Shown piece by piece: positions 12,045 to 24,607 of a stretch of DNA of 64,000 bases. The translations under genes were made by a program, and so were the position numbers. The notes beneath the pieces are model-generated. The model had not been told where the DNA came from. It did no database searches and saw nothing but the letters and a program-made list of their open reading frames with translations. The DNA comes from Mytilus trossulus (Eukaryota), in NCBI RefSeq assembly GCF_036588685.1, contig NC_086376.1, positions 39,370,001-39,434,000 on the forward strand. The letters run 5' to 3'. Position 1 is the first letter of the stretch; each line of letters starts with the position of its first letter.

Positions 12045-13016
12045 ATGTCACTTTTTTGCTGGAAAGCGAAAAATAATTCATACATTTGTTCTGCATCTTA
12101 CATGTCTAATGTACATTGATATGATTGAGCAGGTTTTAGTACTTTTCTATGTAAAAATATTCAATAAGGTGAAATACTGTTTCTTTTATTTGTTTGTGTG
12201 ATTTTTGTTTGTTTGAATTTTTACATCGTTAATTTATTATATGTTGTTCTTGTTCATTGTTTATTGTGTCATTATTATTGTGTTAGTCAGCTTATCGATA
12301 TAAATAAAAGTAGGATTGAAACTCACCAGCCCCTGTCATACTTTCATTTGCTTTTAAGGACTTATGGGTTTGAATGTTGTACAGATGGTTGTCTATTGTT
12401 GATGCTTTTTTTATTTGTATTTGGGATACTGTATTACTTACGTTAACACTTAATCGCTTATTTTTTTCATTAGATTTGTGTAGAAACTATTATATATACC
12501 TAGTAAGCTCATAAAACATATAAATATCATAATTAGTCATGAACTTCTTTTGTCAGATTTGGAATCTAAATCTTGCTTAACTAAACGTTTAACTTAATGA
12601 AATTGATCACTGCACTGGATCACTAGCATGTTGTCATTTAGTCTTAATAAAATATAAGACTAATTAATGTATATATGTATATATATTACTAAAGAAAATG
12701 GGCACGAAACATTCATAGACAAATATCTTACTTTTCTTACACATGCAAAAATATCCAGAGCAAAAATTTCAAAATTTTTCGTTTTTCTTTTTTTCCGGGT
12801 TCTATTGATGAAAGGAATTCAAATGGAGAACACATTTGGATTATTGTGGTTATGCATAATGTAACGAAACTGGGGTTGTTTGTTTGGCATACTGCTTCCT
12901 GAAACCAAATGCGTCTCGCAAATATCATTTACGTGATATGAATTTCTATATACGTATAATTTATTGTTAAAAGGAAAAATAGTGATTTGGCAAAAATGTA
13001 AGTAAGGTAGAGATTA

Positions 13017-13193
13017 GAGGAAGGCAGGACCTGTTTTGGGGCGTCGGGATCGGGTGTTTTTAAGCTCGGGATTTGGGGATTGATCTTTACGGGATCCGGG
13101 AATATATTTTTCGATTTCGGGATATGAATTTCTTTAAATTCTGCATCTCGGGATTTCATGGTTTTAAGCCAGGGATTTCGGGATCAGGACCCC
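13017..13193. mobile_element. GC-rich MITE-like repeat with reiterated CGGGAT motifs
   Basis: GAGGAAGGCAGGACCTG...GGGATCAGGACCCC; right end looks clipped. Confidence 0.5.
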
Positions 13194-13199
13194 AACGAT

Positions 13200-13890
13200 C
13201 GACAACCCCTAATATTAGCCTTAGTCGGTATTAGTCATTTATACATGATTCAAATCCTGCCATTGGCATATTAATAAGGCTCTAAAACAAACCGCTGATG
13301 GATTGTCATAGAAGCATATTTTTAGACTAATAATGGTCTATATATAAGCAGTTACATTTATTTCATGTTTGAAACGGTGAAAATTTTTAATTTTATTTGA
13401 CTTTTACCAAAAGAAGCATTGTTGCAAAGGAGAAGAATAATTGTAGTCGTAGGCCAGAAACACAAATATAATTAAATTTAACGGAAAGGAAACAAATATC
13501 GGACTTTGAAAAAAGGGAGATACCTTTTATGTAAACGACAACCCCTCAAATTAGCCTTAGTCGTATAAGTCATTTTTGACTGTCCCTTTGGTATCTTTCG
13601 TCCCTCTTTTATACATGATTCAAATCCTACCATTGGCATATTAATAAGGCTCTCAAAAAAAAGCACTGATACTTAGTAGATTGTCATAGAAGCATATTTT
13701 TTAGACTAATAATGGTCTATATACATATATAAGCAGTTTCATTTATTTCATGTTTGAAACGGTGCAAATTTTTTAAAGCATTGTAGCAAAGGAGAAGAAT
13801 AATTATGGTCGTAGGCCAGAAACACGAATTTAATTGAATTGAACAGAAAGGAAACAATATCGGACTTTGGAAAAAGGAAGATACCTTTTA
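13200..13890. repeat. Two tandem ~340-bp units
   Basis: GACAACCCCT...TTAGCCTTAGTCG...TACATGATTCAAATCCT...GATACCTTTTATGT at ~13200-13533 and ~13538-13893. Confidence 0.85.
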
Positions 13891-13960
13891 TGTCATTCTC
13901 AATGCATATATAATATCTTTTACAAAAAATCATCCAACAACAGTTCACAAGCTGCATATG

Positions 13961-13986
13961 CCCGCGATATCGCGGGTGTGTTCTAG
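13961..13986 (+). mobile_element. Helitron 3' terminus
   Basis: Perfect 16-bp GC-rich palindrome CCCGCGATATCGCGGG, 6 nt spacer, then CTAG followed by T. Confidence 0.75.
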
Positions 13987-15487
13987 TTATGTTTAAAAAT
14001 ATGAAGGGTGTCATTGGTAAATATTGGTTTATGTTTACGGTTTCTGGTCACAATCTGTTGACCAAAGTTTGTATGAAGGTACTTTGGAGAAACGTTCGTT
14101 GATGGAGTTGGTTGCAGGTCTGTTGAAATTAAATTAGTTAAAATTGCCATATAGTTGGAATCAATTCTATATAAACAAGGATTGATGTTGTTTTCGTGCA
14201 TTGCATTAGATGAAAAAAGCGATAGTCAGTTCACTTGTTAGCGTTTTATTCAACAGTAATTACTTAGTATAGAATATACCAGAGACATACATATTTCTCT
14301 GAGAATCATTTTCTCTTAACATGACAAACAAAGGAAACTGAAGGTTATACTCAACTTTTATATAAAAAGCGAACATTTTTTTAACCGAAAAAAAGTTTAT
14401 GTTCTAACCGACCGTGATCTCGTATCTACGTCTACGCCGGAGCGATGGAAAAATATCATACATAGACCAGAAAACAAAATCTGTACTTTATGTCATGAAT
14501 TTCATGTTTTATTTGTATTTCAGCAGGTTCCCCGTATTATTATATAATTTTTATAGTTTTTCGTGATGGGTGTTACCTTGATTTTCTATCCCTTTTCTGT
14601 TTCTGTTTTTATTTTATTTTCTGTTTTTCTTTTATCTATTTGTTCCTCAACCTTTTGTGAATGAGGCTTGTTTTGTGGACTTTCTTTTTTGTGAATGAGT
14701 CTTGTTTTGTGGACTTTCTTTATATGTTTCCATTCTAACCATTATGTGGAATGTCTCTCTTTAACTTTTATCCTTTGGTTGCACCTTTAAGTGTCAAATT
14801 CTTTTTAATTTGTGGTTGATTTCTGTTATATGCGACATGTTTTGATTGTTGTACTGAGTTTCTTCTGTTAAAGTTGTGAAAATACAGCTTCACGTACAAT
14901 TTAAAAAAAAACGTCTCAAACAAGACAGCCATGTGGCGACCATGGTTGCCCCCGTTACAACATTAAAAAAACCTTAATTAAACAAGTCTTTATATCATCA
15001 TTCCACCAAATAAATTTAGCATTAAGTTTTTATGAGTTAATTTTTGACAAGAAGCCGATTGGACCGACCCTGATAGCCATATATTTCATCAGATTGAACC
15101 CCAAGTAAAACATCAAATGGTCTAAAGAAATCAGTTGGTATGATTGTAATAAAGTTTTCTTCTCTAAAACCACGGGCAAAATGAGGTCAACCATGATAGA
15201 TATATTCTGTATGCTATCACTTTAGTTCTGATAAAAGGCTAGGTTTTGCCTCTTTGGAAAATGTAAAATCAATGTACGAGATTTAGGCTCCTTGTATTCT
15301 GTAGTTGTTTGCATGTTTTTTTTTAAATTCTCTCTCGATAAGCAGAACATTAACATACTAAACATACTAAAAATTAAGATTAATGGCAAATTCTAAAAAT
15401 ATATCATAATTTATTCTGTAAAAATAGGAAATAAAAAATTATAAAAAATCATTTATACAAATATGTGTGGTATACGATGCTCTGTCT

Positions 15488-18348
15488 TTATCCACGGAAT
15501 TCTCGCTTAATTAGTTCAAAATCTGGTAACCTTGCATAGCATCCATTTCTTTCACTGAACTCCTGAAAAAAGTAAAGACAAGGCTTTTTTAGCAGTTGAC
15601 ATTAATGTCTGGTTTACATCCCGGTCAAACAACTCTTTAGAACCTAGCCGTGAATATACCTGTCATGGTTTCCACTGGACATTTAGGAAGCGCAACAAAA
15701 AAATAATTCTAGAAGTTGTGAATTTCATTCAATCTGTTATAGATGCTTACAAACGTAACACTGTCAAATAATCTGAAACAGCTTGACTGGGGTATATTTT
15801 TTATCATCAAATTTTGACTCAGATAGCAGCAGTCAACATTTTTCTAAAAGCTCTTGTAACAAACTACATAGAAATTACTTCTTGACAATACATTAACTAG
15901 TAATTACTAGTAACACATATGTGAAGTGTTTTGTGTTTTAGACAAGTTATTTTTTCCAAGTCACATGACATACTCATGAATATGATGAATGAACTAACCT
16001 GTGGCATGGTAAACTGGTATTTGCTGCTCATTCTTTGTACAACAGTTTGTATTGGTATGACTGTGTGTATCCTACTGTTACTGAAATGAAAGAAAAAATA
16101 TTGTAATTGCGTACGTGATTTTTTGGCATTTTAGAGAATGTTGAATTTTCATCTACCAACACTATTTGTGCGAAATTCTATTCATTTCCCTTATTTCTTC
16201 CCTCCGCTTGCTGTAAATATTCCTGTCATTTCATGCCCGTCTTTTGGTTCGTCCTTTACATAGTAAAATCTTCATTCTTCGTTTTGGCTTTAATATAGTC
16301 TCTCTTATCCTTTTTCTTTCTGTTTTTTTTTTACAATAGTTTTTAATTTTGTGATTCACATTTGCCTTGCAGACAGCCAGTCAGACAGTTAACATTTACC
16401 GTTTGCACTTTTGATGATCGTGTATTGGTTATTTGCTGACTCAAGACATTTGTTATCGATATTTTGAAAACCTTTTGTCTTTTTGTCATTGTTGCGTATT
16501 GGTACATGGAGAGAAAGAGATGTAGGAAAGATGCAAGTGACAGTAAAGTAACAAGAAAATCAAAGGTCAACATACTTCAATGATAATTAACAAATACATA
16601 TTTGACTGTTCATCAGTTCATATGAAAATTACTTACACGGCTGTTAAATCTTGTGTCCTATCATTCACTTGGAATTCAATCATTTTGACTATGTCTTGTT
16701 CAAGCTAAACAAATAGAATTACAAAGGTTATTTAGAAAAGAACTAATGTTAATGAAAATAAAATTAAGGAAAATATTTATCTGTGCAGAATGTTAACATA
16801 ACCTTAGATTATTACACTATAAGTCGTGAGATCTTATCCTATACTGTGCGAGGCAAACTTATTTACATCCTTTCTTGTACCCAGCACCAAAAAGTTGCCA
16901 TACATTTTTCAGTGGTAGTTAAGTAAAAACCTTTGGCGTCAAATGATTCTTACTGTGTTTTGGCATTAAGGTATAATCTACATTTATGTGTGTATATTGG
17001 GTAGAGACGATCGCTGTTGTTACATCCAATAATTGTTCGACAATAAAGTCATACATGTAAGTTTTATCATTATTCTTAATTGTTATATCAAATAAAATGA
17101 TTTTTTTTGTCTACTTTGTATTATGATATGGTGCATATTTACCTTTTTGACAGATGATCTTGTCATGGACTCCTGTTCAAGAAGATTTTGGTATTTTTGT
17201 TCCGTCCTTTTCGCTTGCTTTAATGTTTCCTGAAGATGTTTCTGAACTTTATTTACTGCTTTTCGTGTTGTGCGTTCTTCATGAGCACTTAAATTTTCTT
17301 TTATGTAATCATTTATCTTCTTTGAAGTATCCAACTTGTATGTAACTTTTCTGTTGGCAAGCCAACACACCTGAAATGTTATTTTTTGTTCAAATTCCAG
17401 AAATTAGGATGTCTTATTCAAAGCATTTGTTATCATTAGCATACATTTTTACAAGAAAAATGTTAGAAGGTCAAGACATATGATGAATTTCCTATTTAAA
17501 AAACAATGAATTATGTCCTTATAAACTTCGCTTAAGGGTGGGTTTTTTGGCGGACGGGGGGGGGGGGGGGGGGTTTGGGGGTTGTATCTGTTAGTTTACT
17601 CTTTTTATGGTAACTCTTTAAAGGATTGCATTTGACCATCCCTTTTCTTGAATCTTCAATTTCCCTTTTCTGTTTTATTAAATCTCACATTATTTTTTTA
17701 GTATATTTTACGGGGGAGGGGCTAAAGTGAATGATGATTATTACCTTTTGCTGATCCTGCAATTTCTTGTAAATTTGATTGTGTTTTTTAATCTCCTTTT
17801 CCATTTCTGTAATCTTCTTTTCACATTGCTTGACAATCTTCTTGTCAAACCTACAACAAATAATGTTAAAATATATTTTAACATGATTTAACGAAATTGT
17901 TGATTTCTATCAGTTTTTTAAGTCATCTATAAAATCATTATATATAGAAATATGGAAATGTGGTATGATTGCCACTGCGACAACTATCCACCAAAGTTCA
18001 ACTCGGAAGTGGGTGTGGGCATTTATAGGCAACCGTAATGCATTCAAACATGAGAAAACCCCATATCGTAAGGTCGGCTATAAAACATGAAAATATAATA
18101 CAATTCAATTTAGGCCTAAATCGTGAAACAAAATAGTTCCAAAAATTAAAACGAATTAACCTTGAATGGTCGGAAAAATTATAAACTCCCCGACCCCGAG
18201 AAAACTAATGATTTAGATCTCACAAGCTAAAACTATTTCTCAACTTAGACTAAGCGAATTCTTAAAATACTTACATTCCATTAAAAAAATAACCTATTCC
18301 GTACATCCTTGGAATATATATGGTCATTGTGACATCTGTGGCTTCCAT
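15488..18348 (-). CDS. Coiled-coil protein, probable partial F-BAR family member; exons 18348-18275, 17850-17745, 17370-17143, 16704-16637, 16080-15999, 15562-15488 (210 aa)
   Basis: All introns GT-AG with compatible phases (2,0,0,2,0); 633 nt open frame: ...MFDKKIVKQCEKKITEMEKEIKKHNQIYKKLQDQQKVCWLANRK...FTMPQEFSERNGCYARLPDFELIKREFRG*. Exon sizes and phases match the + strand paralogue. True start and end may lie further out. Confidence 0.7.
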
Positions 18349-19939
18349 TTCTATTATTTTTCTCTGCAAACTGTTGCTGAATCTTTGCGTGTATCTCTTT
18401 TCACGTCGTTGTGAAGGAAAGAGGAGTATGATGGGAAGGGCCGACGTCACAATGAAGACGTCTATCAGTTGGACGTTAAATCAACCCTACAAACTTTGTT
18501 AAAAAGACTGTTTTCGCCCTACAGAATACTGTCACTGGGAGTGAGTGCCTATGTACTGTTTTATTAACACAAACTAACGTTTAACTGGCAGTTGTAACCG
18601 CGGCTAAACATTTTAAAATGAGACGAATATAAGATATTTATACAAAGGCTTGGAAATATCTAGCTTGATGACTTAGAGAATGGAGATGGGAGGAGAAAAC
18701 TCATGAGTATTGTCGAAAATCATTTGATTCAATATTCTTATACCTTTTTTGGTTTGCTCATCGTTCAATGCAGTACGGTGACGTATACTAAGTAGTTGAT
18801 TATAGCTGAAAAAGTTTTGTGTTTGCTCAATTATGCAGGCCGAACGGTGAAATGTACATGTAGTTGACTTTACCGTTTCATTTTGCGTTTGGGTTGTCTC
18901 ATTGTTGATGGCGGTACTGTTACATTTAGTTTTATAAAGCCGCATCATTTATTATGTGTTGGGTTGTTATCTTATTGAAAAGCATACCATATCTTTTTGT
19001 TTTATATTCAAGTAGTATTCATAATTTTGTTTGAAATTATTTTCAAAGACATTTTAACATACCTATGTTGTTGGGTTTTTTTGGTTTTTTTTTATATAAA
19101 AACACGTTAAATGTTTGAAACTAGATTTTAATGTTTCGTTTGTTTTTTATTTTATTTATGTATTGAAATTCTGTTCAGGTTGTTCTCTGACTGCTTATGA
19201 CGTCTTTTTACTAAATCCATTGAATGTTGTATGTGTACTGATTGATATTTTAGTTTTAGATACATGATTTGTTTGTTAGTTGTTATTGGCTTTGAACTAA
19301 CTGACAGTAATAGTACTCTCAGATCTGTACTTTGATAGTGTCTTTTTTTTTGTTATTAGGTATGACGGATGGATATATACCATTCAACGTCATCTCTGTT
19401 TTTTTGTTTGGTGTTTTGCTTTAAATCGTTCTGATGAGCATTTTTCCAACTGATTATTATATTCGGTTTTATGTTGTGCTGTTTCAGGTTAGAGGGATGG
19501 TTGAGCGCTCACATACATGTTAACACGTTCGCTTGCATTCTGTGCCCGTCCCAAGTCAATAGCCATTAGTTCAGTGGTTGTCGTTGGTTCATGTGTGTCA
19601 TAATTGTTTTTTTCGTAAATTTGTTTTTAAATTATAATTTATTGAATTGTTTCTCAATTTTCATGCCACGGCATTTTAAGTATAACGTCTCATGAAACGC
19701 GAAAGACGGCCAGAAACAACAACTTTTTTCATGGATCTAAATTTTGAAATCAGATAATAATTTCTTTAGTTATTTTAAGACGAAATTAGCCAAATAAAAT
19801 CTTCATGATCTTAAAATAAAAAAACAGTATGTTTAGTGATTTTTTAACTCGATGTCTCTGACAATTTTCAAAAAAATAAATTCTAAATGGACAGTAAAGC
19901 CGTCCCATCAGTTCAATAATATTAAATAAAAACACATCT

Positions 19940-20145
19940 CCTGGCAACTAATTACTCCAAATGTTTAGTAGGTACGTAAACAAATTACTCCAACTACTTA
20001 GCAGTTATGGAAAGTACTCCAACTGTTTAGTGGTTCTACAAACTACTCCAAATGTTTTAATAGTATTTACGTTATTCTTTGACTATCGAAATGTTCACAC
20101 ATTTATTGGACGACATGTTCACACATTAATTGGACGACATGTTCT
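19940..20145. repeat. Short degenerate tandem arrays (AACTACTCCAAATGTTTAG-like; 24-bp ATGTTCACACATTAATTGGACGAC)
   Basis: Directly visible; accounts for the spurious 146-aa ORF. Confidence 0.65.
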
Positions 20146-20447
20146 GTCTTTAGTTGCACAACCTTGTGTGATGTCGCAATCTCTGCCAGGTTTTACGGTG
20201 ATGCATTTTAACCATAAACTATTCTGTTCTACTATAGAGGTAGATATTCTTTTTAAAAATTCTGCGTCGGATGTCGCTGTGACATTTTTCTGTCTGTCTA
20301 ATTCTGTTTTAACTCGCTGCAGGTTTGATGTAAGTTCCCTTATTATATTTTTATTTTCGTTTATACAGCAATCATATCCTAAAAAAGAAAATAAGATTTA
20401 AAATATGTGTTTCCTTCGACTAAGTACACAATGTTGTTGTATTGACT

Positions 20448-21170
20448 TAAGAGAGGGACGAAAGATACCAAAGGGACAGTCAAACTCATTAATCGAAAAT
20501 AAACTGACAACGCCATGGCTAAAAATGAAAAAGACAAACAGTAGTACACAGGACACAAAATAGAAAATTAAGGAATAAACAACACGTAACCAACCAAAAA
20601 CTAGGGGTAATCTCAGGTGCTCCTGAAGGGTAATCAGATCCTGCTCCACACGTGGCATCAGTCGTTTTTTACTTACGTGATAACAAATCCGGTAAATAGT
20701 CTAATTCGGTAGGTCACATTCATGAAAGGGAAGGGGATTGAAGTTATGATGTAATGAAAATATCCGATATCATTTGTGAAACGGTTATTCCATAACGGTC
20801 AACCAACTCGTGATGGTGTCCGTAGAATTTACGATGGGATGGTTTCAACTTCACCATTTGGAACTCTTGAATTAATAGCTTCCTTGTTAGCAGCAACCCT
20901 CTATCAAGAAAATCATGAAAGGAAAGCACGGGAATATCGTATAATTGGGAGATATATATCCCGTATGCAGGTGCTGCTGGAATGTTGCTGCTTAGAAATG
21001 GAAAGTTCACAATTGGAAAGCTTAAATCATCTCTTTTGTCGTAAAGTTTTGTTTTCAACCGACCCTCATTGTCAATTTCTCGATTAAGTCGAGATATAAG
21101 GCCGGCTTAACTGTATCTGTAGTATCCTTTATCTCTAGTTCGATGGGATAGATGCGTTTCACATAGTCAT
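20448..21170 (-). mobile_element. Penelope-like retroelement 3' fragment (RT C-terminus plus 3' tail)
   Basis: IYPIELEIKDTTD, LYDKRDDLSFPIVNFPFLSSNIPAAPAYG, frameshifted; tail ends GACTGTCCCTTTGGTATCTTTCGTCCCTCT; tail copy also at ~46315-46475 (+). Confidence 0.85.
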
Positions 21171-21174
21171 TAAA

Positions 21175-21690
21175 GGTGGTATGGGTGTTTTTCACTGTCT
21201 TGGATTTAAAAAAAAAAAATCTTAGGTCCAGATTTTCAATCAAATTAGCTACATTTGTTGCAGGATTGTAGATAACTAATGTGAATTTGCATTTTAAAGA
21301 ACAAATTTCTAAGATTATAACTTAGAAATATTATAATTTTACAAGTGTTGATTATTTTTGCTTGATTTTTAATATTTTTAAATTGGCATTTTAAGGGGGG
21401 CAACTCTTAAATGGAATTTTGCTATTCTGTCTTTTAGAAGTAAAAAACGCACGGTGTCCCTTTTTTGTTTTTGATATTTTCAAAGAATGGTATTTTATTT
21501 TACAATCATATTGTTAAGTTTAGCTGCTAATCACATAATGATGCTTTTTCCTACATATAATCCATACACAATGTGAGCTTGAGAAAATGCATAGTGACCT
21601 ATTATTTTTATCATATTTTGAACATATATCAATTTTGGCAAATTATAATTAATAAATTCGATCATTTTAGATTTAGACTCCCATACCACC
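21175..21690. mobile_element. Kolobok-like (TTAA-type) non-autonomous element
   Basis: TIR GGTGGTATGGG...CCCATACCACC; flanks TTAAA and TTAA. Confidence 0.7.
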
Positions 21691-23284
21691 TTAAAAAGAT
21701 AAAAAAAAAAAGTTGCTTAAATTCTATGTCATTAGTCCTTTAACAGGTGAGTACCTTTGCTGAGTCATTGTTAACCGGTACGGAAAATGTGTTGGAAGAA
21801 AAGTGTATGTTGTCTTTCGGATACTAACTAATTTATTTTGTTTGCTATGAATGCCCTTCTATGCATAATTTGACAAATACAAGTAAAAATTGTTCGATTG
21901 TACGATTTGATATCATTGTAAAAAAATATATATATAACTATAAATTACCTCTCTTCCAAGCCCAATAGTCCGGCCAGCACAAGTTAAAGTATCGGAAATT
22001 GTTCGTCGCAATCCCTGGAACAAGTACATAAAGTACGATAAGTATAACGAATAAAGGTCCCTGAAGACTTGGCATTCTGTAAAAAAAATCACATTGTTAC
22101 AATTTGTTTGGGAAAATTTGCCCTTGAAGTAAATGCGCAACAACAGTTCTTGCATGTGTTTGTAAAACTTTTTGGTTGCATGTGTATATTAAGATTTTTC
22201 TTTCTCTTTCGTCATTTGGAATATGGGAATAGCAATTCTCTATGACATGCGGGTAATAAAAAAAAAACCTACAAGGCGTTTTAAACATTCCAACATTTAT
22301 CATTATTAAACAGTAAATTTACAGAAAATGAAAATACCCATGATATTTCAAGACAGCACAAAATTGACAAATTGGTTGTATCAGTTGATGTTTCCTTTAT
22401 AAATCAGATCAAAAGAAAAAAAAAAACGAATTACCTTGGTTTGCGATCTGTTCCAAGTCAAATTATATAATAATCTAAGTGTGGAATTTATAAAATCCAA
22501 ATGCTATATATCCATATAAATTGCACAATTACTTCCGAAACTTACATCATCATTATCATATGAAGATAAAAACCCAATGAAACATAAGAATTTGTGGAAA
22601 ATCCAAACTTCTCAAAATCACGAGTAAGATAAAACACTGAGAAATAGATAAATAAAACAATACTGTGCGGGTCTGGAGAGGGTTTATAGAGAAGATAACG
22701 ATTGACAAAAGGTGCAGAATGAAGGGTCAAACAATTATAATAGAGAAAAAATAACCAAAATTTAAGAAAATGGAATTATGGGGTGCAAACATATATAGAA
22801 TAGAGAATAATGGGCAAAATAGATAAAGAATAAAAAAAAAACATGGTAAAAAAAAAAGAATAAAGAAATTAGGAACCGCCATATAGACCCTCTAATATAG
22901 ACACAATCATCAGAGGCTTAATTCTGATTAATTTACCCTTTGTTTTGTAATTGCTTATCAAGTTTATTTCTCAAGACTAGGGATAGTTTATATCGTTGTA
23001 GATGCTTTATATCAGCAGACAATGTAAAAAGTGGTTGTGTTTAAGATTTTTAATTAAAATATCTGACCTGATTTTATACACTGTTTAGCTTTTGAATGAA
23101 AGGGCGTATTTAACAATTCACTATGCCTAATGTTTTATAGTTTTGAAGCATGATTCAACAATAAAACACATCTCAATGACATCTCAATAGCGATCATAGT
23201 AAAACGAGTACTTCAAATTTTATATCCGAAGTTACAGTTTAATCTGTTCAGCAGATTATAGTAGTAAGGGCCTGTTAGAATATA

Positions 23285-24015
23285 TAGACAATAACTGTTT
23301 AGTGTCTTTAAATATCAGCTGTATTTGTACGAGGCTACGAGACAAGGTGTATGCGAGCTTTAAGCGAGCTACTACACCTGTTTCGAGCCGAGTACAAATA
23401 CAGCTGATATTTAAAGACCCTAAACAGTTATTGTCTTTATCCTGCAATTAATTCTGTATATTTTTTGTGTTTTGAAAGCCACAAAACTTACATATTTAGC
23501 ATTTATTTTCTATTTGTAATCCCTTGAGGCCCGCGTAGTAATATCAAAATCACACATTACGCTGAAACGGGTTCGAAAAAAAAAAAAAGAATCTCGATTG
23601 GTCAACAATAATACATCGCTCAAGGTGAATAATTATCTTTTATAACATAACAAGTTAACCACTTATTTCAACAGTAAAAACAAATAACAAAACATTGTCA
23701 AATTTGAAACAGAAGTGTACGAGTTGTCCTACGCTTCAGACTTGACATTCACCAAACATGCATGCTGAAATTGACATGGTTGATTTTGTAACACAATCAT
23801 ACACGTTCAATACACGTTCAAGTTTTGAAATCGACAATTGTCATCGTCATTGGAATGCAACTGGAATACACATTCTGAGGTCACACAGGTTCAAACAGTA
23901 CTCTTAGTCCGGCAGTGGGCGGAGCTTTAAAGCGATATCTGTATAGTATACAGATACAGCATATCGATATCTGTAGGGCTGTATCTGTATAATAGGACAC
24001 CCAATTGCAGGTTAA
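23285..24015 (+). mobile_element. Hairpin-ended element, family Y copy 2 (uninterrupted)
   Basis: Hairpin 23285-23436, then TTATCCTGCAATT (23437-23449) complementary to 3' end AATTGCAGGTTAA (24003-24015). Confidence 0.85.
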
Positions 24016-24332
24016 AAGATAATTCATACAGTTCTTCGGCTGTTTCGGTTCTAATACATCCTTGACATTCAAATATTCGGCTTTGAGCGTTATTCATGAA
24101 AGAAAATCACAAGAAACACTTCTGACACATTTTATATCTTTATATAGAGTTGTTTTAAAATTTAAAAAAAATCTTGTTAAAATTATTTTCAAACTTTATT
24201 TTCAAATTACATGTCAGAATTGGCCATGGTTTAAATATGTTGGTGCTGAGAACGTGTCAAAAAAAGTTCACACTAAATATTATCTGTCTCAAGATCTTTC
24301 AATTTTAAAGTGAAACTTTGGTAACATATAAC

Positions 24333-24607
24333 TACGGAAGCGTATTAGCGCCACACATTTTTTTTTTTTTTCCCTATGTTTGCGTTATAACGCAAACCTT
24401 TGCGTTGTAACGCAAACCTTTGCGTTAAACGCAAACATTTGCGTTATAACGCAAATCTTTGCGTTACAACGCAAAGGTTTGCGTTTGCGTTATAACGCAA
24501 AGGTTTGCTTTATAGGTTTGCGTTATAACGCAAAGGTTTGCAAAGGTTTGCGTTATAACGCAAACATAGGGAAAAAAAAAAATGTGTGGCGCTAATACGC
24601 TTCCGTA
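24333..24607. mobile_element. IS3EU-like palindromic MITE
   Basis: TACGGAAGCGTATTAGCGCCACACATTTT...AAAATGTGTGGCGCTAATACGCTTCCGTA; 6-bp TSD TATAAC (24327-24332, 24608-24613); core of repeated TTTGCGTTATAACGCAAA palindromes. Confidence 0.9.

Noticed and set aside
13983-14900. 72-aa ORF and purine-skewed - strand as a gene
   Set aside because: No splice chain or motif; more likely very old retroelement debris.
9524-24015. Inversion between the two inverted family-Y copies as the origin of the head-to-head gene pair
   Set aside because: Copy 1 is inside the BTB intron and both BTB exons remain collinear and in frame, so no inversion occurred there.
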